64,000 bases of DNA, taken from contig JAQTNK010000009.1 of NCBI GenBank assembly GCA_028713915.1, positions 46,857 through 110,856 of the forward strand. The letters are read 5' to 3'. Source of the DNA: Rhodocyclaceae bacterium (lineage in GTDB: Bacteria > Pseudomonadota > Gammaproteobacteria > Burkholderiales > Rhodocyclaceae). The notes under the pieces are model-generated. The model was given only the letters and a program-made list of their open reading frames with translations, did not search any database and was not told the DNA's origin. Positions 54,032 through 63,277 of this stretch are shown piece by piece. The position numbers were made by a program, and so were the translations under genes. Positions within the stretch are counted from its first letter, which is position 1. The number at the start of each line of letters is the position of its first letter.

Positions 54032-54051
54032 GTTACAAAGACTTACAAAGC
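54032..54051. promoter_or_regulatory. candidate OmpR box: two tandem 10-bp half-sites GTTACAAAGA / CTTACAAAGC
   Basis: TTACAAAG at 54033-54040 and 54043-54050 (exact 10-bp phasing), third TTACA at 54075-54079. Located in the divergent region between ompR and two small plus-strand ORFs. Resembles the E. coli OmpR GTTACAnnnn tandem half-site logic. Confidence 0.4.
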
Positions 54052-54134
54052 GCAGCGTAGCGCACATAGATCTCTTACATGCGCCCTCTAGAGTCCGCTC
54101 TGTGCCGCAGAGCGAAAAATGCGCGGAGGACAAC

Positions 54135-54260
54135 ATGAAAGTATTCTTCGTCACGGCCCTGATCGTCGGCATGTTGTTGGCATATTGGAGCGATCCCCAT
54201 GCGACGTCGGCGGTCGACTACAATGGCGTGCGCGCCCTGATGGCGCTGTTGATCAATTGA
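54135..54260 (+). CDS. hypothetical 41-aa hydrophobic-N-terminus peptide
   Basis: ATG at 54135, 4 nt after a strong GGAGGA SD. MKVFFVTALIVGMLLAYWSDPHATSAVDYNGVRALMALLIN. In frame with track ORF 54021-54260. Confidence 0.35.
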   Translation: MKVFFVTALIVGMLLAYWSDPHATSAVDYNGVRALMALLIN

Positions 54261-54267
54261 GACCGCG

Positions 54268-54549
54268 ATGAGCCGGAAACTGTGGAAGCCGTTAGCTGCA
54301 ATCGCCGCCGTGGCGGCGCTGGCGCCGGCGCATGCGCAGATGATGAACCGGCCGATGCCCGGCCCGCACGCCGATCGCGAACGCGGCTCGCCGCCGCCGC
54401 AAATGGCGCCGCCCGGCGCGGCGCCGCAGCGCCAGGAGTTCGTTCCGCCCGGCCGCCTGAGCCCGGAAGAGCGCCGGCAATTGCGGCGCGACATCCATGA
54501 CGCCGGACGCGAACTCTACCGGCCCAATCCGCAGCGCCAGCCGCCCTGA
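54268..54549 (+). CDS. hypothetical secreted proline-rich 93-aa protein
   Basis: Signal peptide MSRKLWKPLAAIAAVAALAPAHA/Q, Pro-rich middle, basic C-terminal helix LSPEERRQLRRDIHDAGRELY. Starts 7 nt after the preceding small ORF. Confidence 0.5.
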   Translation: MSRKLWKPLAAIAAVAALAPAHAQMMNRPMPGPHADRERGSPPPQMAPPGAAPQRQEFVPPGRLSPEERRQLRRDIHDAGRELYRPNPQRQPP

Positions 54550-54617
54550 TCGCGGTACACGGCGGTTCATGCCAAAGGCATTGGCATCGGCCGGCGCCTC
54601 GCGCCGTTGAATTTCTT

Positions 54618-55268
54618 CTAATCGAGCAGCGCCAGGATTTCGGCCGGCGTGTCCACGATGTGGTCGGCGCCCCATTCGCCTATCGGCAGGCCGTCGCCCA
54701 GATAGCCGTAGGTGACGGCGACCGTCGTCACGCCCGCGGCTTTGCCGGCATGGATGTCGCGCAAGTCGTCGCCGACGTAGAGGGTTTCGCCCGGAAGCGC
54801 GCTGGCGAGGCCACAAGCCAACAGCAATGGCCGGGCGTCGGGCTTCGGGCGCGGGCTGCTGTCGCCGCTGACGAGGCAGGCGGCACGTCGGCGCAGGCCG
54901 AGCGCTTCCGCCAGCGCGAGCGTGAATCGCTGCGACTTGTTGGTGACGATGCCCCACGCGACGGCGCGCGCGTCGAGTTCGTCGAGCAAGGCGGCGATGC
55001 CGTCGAACAGGACGGTGTCGACGCAGAGCGCGGACTCGTAATGGGCCAGGAAGCGCTGCTGGAATTCCGTGTAGGCGGCATCCGCCGGCGTCAGGTCGAA
55101 GCCCACCCGCAGCATTGCGCGGGCGCCGCCGGAAACGTGCGGGCGCAGCATTTCATAGGGAATCGGCGCGCGTTCTTCCTCGGCCAGCAGGCGGTTCAGC
55201 GCGCCGGCGAGATCGCGTGCCGTATCGGCCAGCGTGCCATCGAGATCGAAGAGGACGGCTGCAGTCAT
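54618..55268 (-). CDS. gph: phosphoglycolate phosphatase (HAD superfamily)
   Basis: ATG at 55268 inside track ORF 54618-55406. AVLFDLDGTLADT, GIVTNK, YVGDDLRDIHAGKAAG. Confidence 0.85.
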   Translation of the reverse strand: MTAAVLFDLDGTLADTARDLAGALNRLLAEEERAPIPYEMLRPHVSGGARAMLRVGFDLTPADAAYTEFQQRFLAHYESALCVDTVLFDGIAALLDELDARAVAWGIVTNKSQRFTLALAEALGLRRRAACLVSGDSSPRPKPDARPLLLACGLASALPGETLYVGDDLRDIHAGKAAGVTTVAVTYGYLGDGLPIGEWGADHIVDTPAEILALLD

Positions 55269-55344
55269 GCGCTCGCCGGGCCGCCCCATGACGGCCTGCG
55301 CCACCCGCTGGCAGGCAGCGGGCGCATGCCAGCGTAGCCGCACA

Positions 55345-56049
55345 TCATGAAGCGCTACGGCTGGCCCGCAGCAGGAAGTTGACGCTGGTGTCGCGGCCGA
55401 GCGCATAGGTCCGGGTCAAGGGGTTGTACGTCATGCCGACGATTTCCTCGACGTCGAGGGCCGCGTCGCGGCAGAAGCGCGCCAGCTCGGCGGGGCGCAG
55501 GAAGCGGGCGTAGTCGTGCGTGCCGCGCGGCAGCATGTCAAGGATGTATTCGGCGCCGACGACGGCCAGCAGGTAGGCCTTGAGATTGCGGTTGATGGTG
55601 GAGAAGAACACCGTGCCGCCCGGTTTGACGAGCGTGGCGCAGGCGCGCACCGTGCTGGCCGGGTCGGGCACGTGTTCGAGCATTTCGAGGCAGGTGACGA
55701 CATCGAACGCGGCGGGTTCCGCGGCGGCGAGATCTTCGGCGGCGATTTGCCGATAGTCGACTTGCTGTCCGCTCTCGTATAGATGCAGCCGGGCGACGCC
55801 CAGCGGTTTTTCGGACAGATCGATGCCCGTGACCTGGGCGCCAAGCGCGGCCATGCCCTCGGCGAGGAGGCCGCCGCCGCAGCCGACGTCGAGCACGCGC
55901 TTGCCGGCGAGCCCTACCGTACGATCAATCCAGCCCAGGCGCAGCGGATTGATGTCGTGCAAGGGCTTGAATTCCGAGTTGGGGTCCCACCAGCGATGGG
56001 CCAGTTCGCCGAATTTGGCGAGTTCTTGCGGGTCGGCATTGAGGTTCAT
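55345..56049 (-). CDS. ubiG: bifunctional 3-demethylubiquinol 3-O-methyltransferase / 2-polyprenyl-6-hydroxyphenol methylase
   Basis: ATG at 56049 inside track ORF 55345-56070. [46 protein letters not shown] motif, [11 protein letters not shown]. Confidence 0.93.
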   Translation of the reverse strand: MNLNADPQELAKFGELAHRWWDPNSEFKPLHDINPLRLGWIDRTVGLAGKRVLDVGCGGGLLAEGMAALGAQVTGIDLSEKPLGVARLHLYESGQQVDYRQIAAEDLAAAEPAAFDVVTCLEMLEHVPDPASTVRACATLVKPGGTVFFSTINRNLKAYLLAVVGAEYILDMLPRGTHDYARFLRPAELARFCRDAALDVEEIVGMTYNPLTRTYALGRDTSVNFLLRASRSAS

Positions 56050-56128
56050 GGTCACGATTGTAAGACGCAATGCGCGGGTCGCGCCAATTGCGGTGCAGGC
56101 TCAGGAAGGCGCCAAGGTTGATGCGAAC

Positions 56129-56158
56129 GAAAAAAAAGCCCTGCAGCGCAGGGCTTTC
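56129..56158 (-). terminator. rho-independent terminator after the ompA-family gene
   Basis: On the minus strand AGCCCTGCGCTGCAGGGCT is followed by TTTTTTTT (plus-strand A-run 56130-56137), 19 nt after the stop. Confidence 0.7.
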
Positions 56159-56176
56159 TTGCTGCCGTACGACGGC

Positions 56177-56842
56177 TTACTTCGGCTGCGTCGTGCCGAT
56201 GACTTCGATTTCGACGCGGCGATCCGGTTGCAGGCAGGCGATGACCTTCTTGCTCTTCGGGCCCTTGCATTCGCCGGGCTTGGTGACGGGCTGCTTCTTG
56301 CCCTTGCCTTCCGTATAGACGCGATTCGGTTCCATGCCCTTGCTCACCAGGTAGGCCTTGACGGACTCGGCGCGCTTCTCGGAGAGCTTCTGGTTGTACT
56401 TGTCGGTGCCGAAGCGGTCGGCATGGCCGACGGCGATGATCACTTCGAGCTTGATGTCCTTGACCTTGGCGACGAGTTCGTCGAGCTTGGCCGTGCCTTC
56501 GGGACGCAGCGTCGCCTTGTCGAAGTCGAACAAGGTATCGGCCGCCAGCGTGACCTTCTGGGCAGCGGGCTTGGGCGTGGCGACGGGCGCTACAGGAGCA
56601 GCCTCGCGGGCCTTCGGCGCTTCCTTCTTGACGAGTTCCGGATCGCACTCGGCGACGGCCATGGCCGGCGTCCAGTAACCGGTGCGCCAGCAGGAGCCGG
56701 CGCCGCTCTTGACGACGTTGTCGCGGCTGTCAACCAGGTAACCGACATCGCCCTTGCGGTCGATACCGGGAGTTTGCGCCAACGCGGCGGCGCTGATGCC
56801 GAGCAGGGCGGCAAGCAGCAATGATTGTTGTATGGTTTTCAT
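56177..56842 (-). CDS. OmpA family (peptidoglycan-binding OmpA_C) outer-membrane-associated protein
   Basis: 221-aa ORF. Signal peptide ...AAALA/QT; C-terminal LFDFDKATLRPEG, GHADRFGTDKYNQKLSEKRAESVKAYL, NRRVEIEV. Confidence 0.88.
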   Translation of the reverse strand: MKTIQQSLLLAALLGISAAALAQTPGIDRKGDVGYLVDSRDNVVKSGAGSCWRTGYWTPAMAVAECDPELVKKEAPKAREAAPVAPVATPKPAAQKVTLAADTLFDFDKATLRPEGTAKLDELVAKVKDIKLEVIIAVGHADRFGTDKYNQKLSEKRAESVKAYLVSKGMEPNRVYTEGKGKKQPVTKPGECKGPKSKKVIACLQPDRRVEIEVIGTTQPK

Positions 56843-56899
56843 GATTCCCTCGTTGTATAGGTTGTTGGTAAATGGCGCTGAATCGCTGCGTGCACAGGC

Positions 56900-58243
56900 T
56901 TACGAACAAAGAATATTATGCCACATCCGAGATATGTCGAGCAATTCGCAAGGCTCTATGTTCAGGGGCTTTCCGTCGCAAATCCGCAACTTTCCATCCG
57001 TCCACACATGGCTGACATGTTCACGTCCAACAGCATAGACCAGATGTGACGCCGGGTCGAAGCAAGGCTGCAGCAGCCAGTCGTCGAGCCGCACGGCGCA
57101 AAGGTCGGCCTGCTTTCCGGTCGCCAGTGAACCGATGCTGCCATCGAGGCCAAGCGCCGCGGCACCGTTCAGCGTGGCCATGCGCAGCACCTGGTGGGCA
57201 TTGACGGCGGTGGCATCGCCGCTGGCGGCTTTCGCCAGCAAGGCGGCATGGCGCATTTCGCGGAAGAGATCGAGGCGGTTGTTGCTGGCGGCGCCGTCGC
57301 TGCCGAGACCCACGTGCAGGCCGGCCGCCAGCATGTCCGCGACCGGCGAGATGCCGCTGGCGAGCTTCATGTTCGACGTCGGGCAGTGGGCGATGTGGCA
57401 GCCGTGCTCGCCGAGCAGGCCGATTTCATCGGCGTTCAGGTGTACGGCATGGACGGCGATCAGGCGCGGATCGAGCAAACCCAGGCGCCGCAGCCGTTCC
57501 AGGGGCCGCATGCCGTGCTGCTGAAGGCTCTCGTCGATCTCGTGTTGCGTTTCGTGAACGTGGATGTGGATCGGCACGTCGAGTTGGGCGGCCAGGGTGG
57601 CGATGCGCTCGAAGGTCCTGTCGGCCACGGTATAGGGCGCGTGCGGGGCAAGGCAGAAGGAGACCATCGGCTCGTCGCGGCACTGGTCGCGGGCGGCGAG
57701 TCCCTTGGTCAGGTAGTCCTCGGCGTCGGCGGCATAGGTGGTCGGAAACTCGATGACCGTGATGCCGATGGCGGCGCGCATGCCCAGTCGCAGCGCGGCG
57801 CTGCACGATTCCTGCGGATGGAAATACATGTCGTTGAAGCAGGTGATGCCGCCGCGCAGCATCTCGGCGCAGGCGAGCAAGGTGCCGTCGCGGACGAAGG
57901 CGGGCGAGACATGCTTGGCCTCGGCCGGCCAGATTTTTTCCTGCAGCCAGCTTCGCAGCGGCAGGTCGTCGGCATAGCCGCGCAGCAAGGTCATGGCGGC
58001 GTGTGTGTGGAGGTTGATGAGCCCGGGCAGCAGGACGTGCTCGGCCAGGTTCATGCGCTGGCGCGGGGCAAATCGGGCCAGGGCTTCATCGCCGGGGAGC
58101 AGCGCGACGATGCGTCCCTGATCGACCGCCAGGGCATGACCTTCCAACACGATTCCGGCCGGCTCTATGGGAATTACCCATCGCGGCTCGATCAAGAGGT
58201 CTATCGGTTGCGGGGTGGAGGCGAGCGGCGTGGCGGTCATCAT
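56900..58243 (-). CDS. TRZ/ATZ-family amidohydrolase (MtaD-like 5'-methylthioadenosine/S-adenosylhomocysteine deaminase)
   Basis: 447-aa ORF. LPGLINLHTHAAMTLLRG metal-binding HxH, PIHIHVHET, GLGSDGAASNN. Confidence 0.85.
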   Translation of the reverse strand: MMTATPLASTPQPIDLLIEPRWVIPIEPAGIVLEGHALAVDQGRIVALLPGDEALARFAPRQRMNLAEHVLLPGLINLHTHAAMTLLRGYADDLPLRSWLQEKIWPAEAKHVSPAFVRDGTLLACAEMLRGGITCFNDMYFHPQESCSAALRLGMRAAIGITVIEFPTTYAADAEDYLTKGLAARDQCRDEPMVSFCLAPHAPYTVADRTFERIATLAAQLDVPIHIHVHETQHEIDESLQQHGMRPLERLRRLGLLDPRLIAVHAVHLNADEIGLLGEHGCHIAHCPTSNMKLASGISPVADMLAAGLHVGLGSDGAASNNRLDLFREMRHAALLAKAASGDATAVNAHQVLRMATLNGAAALGLDGSIGSLATGKQADLCAVRLDDWLLQPCFDPASHLVYAVGREHVSHVWTDGKLRICDGKPLNIEPCELLDISRMWHNILCS

Positions 58244-58333
58244 AGCGGCATCGAATCGGAATCTGTCTGTTGGAACAACGGGTTAGTGGCGCGGCGACAA
58301 GTGTACCGCGGGCAGGGGCGACCGCATCCGGCA

Positions 58334-58356
58334 TGCTAAAATCCCTCTTTTTAGCA
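58334..58356 (+). promoter_or_regulatory. candidate extended -10 promoter of gyrA (TGcTAAAAT) embedded in an 8-bp inverted repeat
   Basis: TGCTAAAAT at 58334-58342. TGCTAAAA (58334-58341) pairs with TTTTAGCA (58349-58356). About 40 nt upstream of the gyrA ATG. Confidence 0.4.
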
Positions 58357-58381
58357 TTCCCTTCCGGGTCAATCAATCGAC

Positions 58382-60925
58382 ATGACGTCTTTCGCAAAAG
58401 AAACCCTGCCCGTCAGCCTTGAAGAGGAGATGCGCCACTCCTACCTCGATTACGCCATGAGCGTGATCGTCGGCCGTGCCCTGCCGGATGCCCGCGACGG
58501 CTTGAAGCCCGTGCATCGCCGCGTGTTGTTCGCCATGCACGAGCTGAACAACGACTGGAACAAGGCTTACAAAAAGTCGGCGCGCATCGTCGGCGACGTC
58601 ATCGGTAAGTACCACCCGCACGGCGACACCGCCGTCTATGACACCATCGTACGCATGGCGCAGGATTTTTCCTTGCGCTACATGCTGGTCGACGGCCAGG
58701 GCAACTTCGGCTCGGTCGACGGCGACAACGCCGCGGCGATGCGTTACACGGAAGTGCGCATGGCGCGCATCGGCCACGAGCTGCTGGCCGACATCGACAA
58801 GGAGACCGTCGATTTCGGTCCCAACTACGACGGTTCCGAGAACGAACCCCTGATCCTGCCGGCGCGCATTCCCAACCTGCTGATCAACGGTTCCTCGGGC
58901 ATCGCCGTCGGCATGGCGACCAACATTCCGCCGCACAACCTGGGCGAGGTCGTCGACGCCTGCCTGGCGGTGCTCGACAATCCCGCCATCGACATCGAGG
59001 AACTCATCAAGATCGTGCCGGCGCCGGACTTCCCGACGGCGGGGTTGATCTATGGCGTTTCCGGCGTGCGCGACGGCTACCTGACCGGCCGCGGCCGTGT
59101 CGTCATGCGCGCGCGCACCCATTTCGAGGACGTGGAAAAAGGCAATCGCCAGGCCATCGTCGTCGACGAGCTGCCCTACCAGGTCAACAAGAAGACGCTG
59201 CAGGAAAAGATCGCCGAACTCGTCCACGAGAAGAAGATCGAGGGCATCGCGCATATCCAGGACGAATCCGACAAGTCCGGCATGCGCCTGGTGATCGAAC
59301 TCAAGCGCGGCGAAGTGCCGGAAGTCGTGCTGAACAATCTCTACAAGCAGACCCAGCTCCAGGATACCTTCGGCATGAACATGGTGGCGCTGGTCGACGG
59401 CCGCCCGCAACTGCTCAACTTGAAGCAGCTGCTCGATTGCTTCCTGTCGCATCGCCGCGAAGTCATCACGCGGCGTACGGTGTTCGAATTGCGCAAGGCG
59501 CGCGAGCGCGGCCACGTCCTCGAAGGCCTGGCGGTGGCGCTGTCCAACGTCGACGAGATCATCGCCCTCATCAAGGCGGCGCCGACGCCGGCCGACGCCA
59601 AGCGCGAACTGATGGCGCGCACCTGGCATTCGACGCTGGTCGAAGGCATGCTGGCGCGCGCCTCGGCCGAGGCTTCGCGCCCCGAAGGACTGGCGCCGGA
59701 ATTCGGGCTGTCGCGCCGCGGCTACCTGCTCTCCGACGTGCAGGCCCAGGCCATCCTGGAACTGCGCCTGCAGCGCCTGACCGGCCTCGAGCAGGACAAG
59801 ATCGTCAACGAGTACAAGGAAGTGATGGAGCAGATCGCCGACCTGCTCGACATCCTGGCGCGCCCCGACCGCATCACCGAAATCATCGGCAACGAACTGA
59901 CGGCGATCAAGACGCAGTTCGGCGACAAGCGCCGTTCCGAGATCGTGCTGCAAACCTCGGACATCAACCTCGAAGATTTGATCGCGCGCGAGGACATGGT
60001 CGTCACCCTGTCGCATACCGGCTACATCAAGCGCCAGCGTCTCGACGACTACCGCACGCAAAAGCGCGGCGGCCGCGGCAAGCAGGCCGCGGCGATCAAG
60101 GAAGACGATTTCGTCGACCGCCTGTTCATCGCCAACACCCATGACTTCATCCTCTGCTTCTCGAACCGCGGCCGCGTCTATTGGCTCAAGGTGTACGAGG
60201 TTCCGGAAGGCACGCGCACCTCGCGCGGCAAGCCCATCGTCAACCTGTTCCCGCTCGAAGACGGCGAGAAGATCACCGCCGCGCTGCCGGTCAAGGAATT
60301 CGACGAGGCGCACTACATCTTCATGGCGACGGCCATGGGCACGGTGAAGAAGACGCCGCTGTCCGACTTCTCCAATCCGCGCAAGGCCGGCATCATCGCC
60401 GTGGCGCTCGACGACCGCGACTTCCTCATCGGCGTCGCCATCACCGACGGCTCCTGCGACGTCATGCTGTTCTCCGATGCCGGCAAGGCCGTGCGCTTCG
60501 AGGAAGGCGACGTGCGGCCGATGGGCCGCGCCGCGCGCGGCGTGCGCGGCATGATGCTCGAAGACGGCCAGGCGGTGATCTGCATGCTGGTGGCCGAGGA
60601 CGAGGCGCTGAACGTGCTGGCCGCCACCGAGAACGGTTTCGGCAAGCGCACGCCGATCGCCGAATACACCAAGCACGGCCGCGGCACCAAGGGCATGATC
60701 GCCATCAGCACCTCGGAGCGCAACGGCCGCGTCGTCGGCGCGGTGCTGGTGCAGCCGGAAGACGAAGTGATGCTGATTTCCACCGGCGGCGTCATGATCC
60801 GCACCAAGGTCCAGCAAGTGCGCGAGACCAGCCGTTCGGCCCAGGGCGTAACGTTGATCAACCTCGATGACGGCACCAAGCTCGCCGGCATCGAAAAAGT
60901 CATTGAAACCGAAGAAGAGGAGTAG
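58382..60925 (+). CDS. gyrA: DNA gyrase subunit A
   Basis: 847-aa [37 protein letters not shown] region [17 protein letters not shown], catalytic AAMRYTE, GyrA-box QRRGGRGK, acidic tail. Confidence 0.97.
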   Translation: MTSFAKETLPVSLEEEMRHSYLDYAMSVIVGRALPDARDGLKPVHRRVLFAMHELNNDWNKAYKKSARIVGDVIGKYHPHGDTAVYDTIVRMAQDFSLRYMLVDGQGNFGSVDGDNAAAMRYTEVRMARIGHELLADIDKETVDFGPNYDGSENEPLILPARIPNLLINGSSGIAVGMATNIPPHNLGEVVDACLAVLDNPAIDIEELIKIVPAPDFPTAGLIYGVSGVRDGYLTGRGRVVMRARTHFEDVEKGNRQAIVVDELPYQVNKKTLQEKIAELVHEKKIEGIAHIQDESDKSGMRLVIELKRGEVPEVVLNNLYKQTQLQDTFGMNMVALVDGRPQLLNLKQLLDCFLSHRREVITRRTVFELRKARERGHVLEGLAVALSNVDEIIALIKAAPTPADAKRELMARTWHSTLVEGMLARASAEASRPEGLAPEFGLSRRGYLLSDVQAQAILELRLQRLTGLEQDKIVNEYKEVMEQIADLLDILARPDRITEIIGNELTAIKTQFGDKRRSEIVLQTSDINLEDLIAREDMVVTLSHTGYIKRQRLDDYRTQKRGGRGKQAAAIKEDDFVDRLFIANTHDFILCFSNRGRVYWLKVYEVPEGTRTSRGKPIVNLFPLEDGEKITAALPVKEFDEAHYIFMATAMGTVKKTPLSDFSNPRKAGIIAVALDDRDFLIGVAITDGSCDVMLFSDAGKAVRFEEGDVRPMGRAARGVRGMMLEDGQAVICMLVAEDEALNVLAATENGFGKRTPIAEYTKHGRGTKGMIAISTSERNGRVVGAVLVQPEDEVMLISTGGVMIRTKVQQVRETSRSAQGVTLINLDDGTKLAGIEKVIETEEEE

Positions 60926-60930
60926 TAGCC

Positions 60931-62013
60931 ATGACACGCGTATTCAATTTCAGCGCCGGTCCCGCCGCGCTGCCCGAAGAAGTCCTCAAGCAGGCCGCCG
61001 ACGAGATGCTCGACTGGCACGGTTCCGGCCAGTCGGTCATGGAAATGAGCCACCGCGGCAAGGAGTTCATCTCCATCGCCGAGGCCGCCGAAGCCGATCT
61101 GCGCGAGCTGATGGGCATTCCCGCCAACTACAAGGTGCTGTTCCTCCAGGGCGGCGCCTCGCTGCAGTTCGAGATGATCCCGATCAACCTGCTGCGCGGC
61201 AAGACCAGCGCCGATTACGTGCATACCGGCGAGTGGGCGAAGAAGGCGATCAAGGCCGCCAAGACCTTCACCAACGTCAACGTCGCCGCCAGTTCGGAAG
61301 ACAAGGGCTACACCTACGCGCCGCCGCAGTCCGGCTGGAAGCTCAGCAAGGACGCCGCCTACGTGCACTACACCGCCAACGAGACCATCGGCGGCGTCGA
61401 GTTCAACTGGGTGCCGGAAACCGGCGACGTGCCGCTGGTCTGCGACATGTCCTCGAACATTCTTTCGCGTGCGGTCGATGTCTCGAAGTTCGGCCTGATC
61501 TACGCCGGCGCGCAGAAGAACATCGGCCCGGCCGGCCTCACCATCGTCATCGTCCGCGACGACCTCATCGGCAAGGCGCAGCCGACGCCGCCGGCCATGC
61601 TCGACTACAAGACCCACGCCGACGCCGACTCGATGTACAACACGCCGCCGACCTATGCGATCTACATCGCCGGCCTGGTGTTCCAGTGGCTCAAGCGGAA
61701 CGGCGGCCTGGCGGCGATGGAGCAGAAGAACATCGAGAAGTCGAACCTGCTCTACGATTACCTGGAAACGACCGACTTCTATCGCAATCCCGTCGCCAAG
61801 TCCGACCGCTCGCGCATGAACGTGCCGTTCACGCTCAAGGACGCCGCGCTCGACGAGGAGTTCCTCAAGGGTGCCAAGGCGCGCGGCATGACGCAGCTGA
61901 AAGGCCATCGCTCGGTCGGCGGCATGCGCGCCTCGATCTACAACGCCATGCCGGTCGAAGGCGTCAAGGCGCTGGTCGAGTACATGAAGGAATTTGCGGC
62001 TGCCAAGGGCTAA
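60931..62013 (+). CDS. serC: 3-phosphoserine/phosphohydroxythreonine aminotransferase
   Basis: 360-aa [47 protein letters not shown] (PLP Lys), [12 protein letters not shown]. Confidence 0.97.
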   Translation: MTRVFNFSAGPAALPEEVLKQAADEMLDWHGSGQSVMEMSHRGKEFISIAEAAEADLRELMGIPANYKVLFLQGGASLQFEMIPINLLRGKTSADYVHTGEWAKKAIKAAKTFTNVNVAASSEDKGYTYAPPQSGWKLSKDAAYVHYTANETIGGVEFNWVPETGDVPLVCDMSSNILSRAVDVSKFGLIYAGAQKNIGPAGLTIVIVRDDLIGKAQPTPPAMLDYKTHADADSMYNTPPTYAIYIAGLVFQWLKRNGGLAAMEQKNIEKSNLLYDYLETTDFYRNPVAKSDRSRMNVPFTLKDAALDEEFLKGAKARGMTQLKGHRSVGGMRASIYNAMPVEGVKALVEYMKEFAAAKG

Positions 62014-62016
62014 ATC

Positions 62017-63204
62017 ATGAGCGACCAATTTCAAGTCCTGATACTCAACAACGTTTCGGCCAACGGCCTGAAGCGCCTGCCGGCGGAGCGCTTTGCCTGC
62101 GCCAAGGAAGTGGCCAAGCCCGACGCCGTGCTGCTGCGCTCGGCCGACATGCACAGCATGGACATTCCCAAGTCCGTGCTGGCCATCGGCCGCGCCGGTT
62201 CCGGCACCAACAACATCCCCGTCAAGGCGATGTCGGAGCGCGGTGTGCCCGTGTTCAACGCCCCCGGCGCCAATGCCAATGCCGTGAAGGAACTGGTGCT
62301 GGCCGGCATGCTGCTGGCAGCGCGCAACATCGGCGGCGCCATGAAGTTCGTTTCCTCGCTCGATCCCGCGGATGCCGAGATGGAGAAGAAGGTCGAAGGC
62401 GGCAAGAAGACCTACGCCGGCTATGAATTGTCCGGCCACACGCTGGGCGTGGTGGGCCTGGGCAAGATCGGCTGCCTGGTGGCGGACGCCGCCATCAAGC
62501 TCGGCATGAACGTCATCGGCTACGATCCCGAGATCACCGTCGATGCCGCCTGGAGCCTGCCGTCGCAGGTGAAGCGGGGCGCCTCGCTCGCCGACGTGCT
62601 GAAGAACAGCAACTTCGTCACGCTGCACGTGCCGCTGGTCGATGCCACGCGCAAGATGATCAACGCCGAGAGCGTCGAGCTGATGAAGCATGGCGCCGTG
62701 CTGCTGAACTTCTCGCGCGAAGGCGTCGTCGACGAAGCCGCAGTGCTGGCGGCGCTCGATGCCAAGAAGCTGGGAACCTACGTCTGCGACTTTCCGAGCG
62801 CGCACGTCAACGCCCATGCGCAAGTCATCGCGCTGCCGCACCTGGGCGCGTCGACGCGCGAAGCCGAGGAGAACTGCGCGATCATGGTCGCCGACCAGGT
62901 GCGCGACTACCTGCTCGACGGCAACATCCAGAACGCGGTGAACTTCCCGAGCGTGTCCATGCCGCGCGAATCGGGCTACCGCATCGCCATCGCCAACGCC
63001 AACGTGCCCAACATGGTCGGTCAGATTTCCACCGCCCTGGCCGCGGCCAAGCTCAACATCCACAACATGGTGAACAAGTCCAAGAAGGACATTGCCTACA
63101 CGTTGGTGGATGTCGACAGCAAGGTGCCGAAGGAAGTGATCGACGCCATCGCCAAGATCGAAGGCGTGCTGGCCGTGCGCTACCTTCCGTTGGAAAACCA
63201 GTAA
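62017..63204 (+). CDS. D-3-phosphoglycerate dehydrogenase-like 2-hydroxyacid dehydrogenase with C-terminal ACT domain
   Basis: 395-aa ORF. GVVGLGKIGCLVA NAD fold, FVTLHVPL, LLNFSREGVVD, ALPHLGASTREAEE, ACT-like RIAIANANVPNMVGQISTALAAAKLNIHNM. Confidence 0.85.
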   Translation: MSDQFQVLILNNVSANGLKRLPAERFACAKEVAKPDAVLLRSADMHSMDIPKSVLAIGRAGSGTNNIPVKAMSERGVPVFNAPGANANAVKELVLAGMLLAARNIGGAMKFVSSLDPADAEMEKKVEGGKKTYAGYELSGHTLGVVGLGKIGCLVADAAIKLGMNVIGYDPEITVDAAWSLPSQVKRGASLADVLKNSNFVTLHVPLVDATRKMINAESVELMKHGAVLLNFSREGVVDEAAVLAALDAKKLGTYVCDFPSAHVNAHAQVIALPHLGASTREAEENCAIMVADQVRDYLLDGNIQNAVNFPSVSMPRESGYRIAIANANVPNMVGQISTALAAAKLNIHNMVNKSKKDIAYTLVDVDSKVPKEVIDAIAKIEGVLAVRYLPLENQ

Positions 63205-63217
63205 CCGCGGAGCAAAG

Positions 63218-63262
63218 CAGAGGCCGCCGGGACGACGAGGTTTGTTGTCGCGGCGGCCTCTG
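63218..63262 (+). other. strong hairpin between serA-like and pheA (terminator or attenuator-like, no T-run)
   Basis: CAGAGGCCGCCG (63218-63229) pairs with CGGCGGCCTCTG (63251-63262). Begins 13 nt after the stop; pheA ATG is 16 nt downstream. Confidence 0.4.
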
Positions 63263-63277
63263 TGGTGAAATAAGCTT

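Noticed and set aside
54021-54134. Upstream part of track ORF 54021-54260 (79 aa).
   Set aside because: There is no SD at 54021, and it overlaps the ompR promoter and OmpR-box region. The internal ATG at 54135 has a strong GGAGGA SD, so only the 41-aa version is kept, at low confidence.
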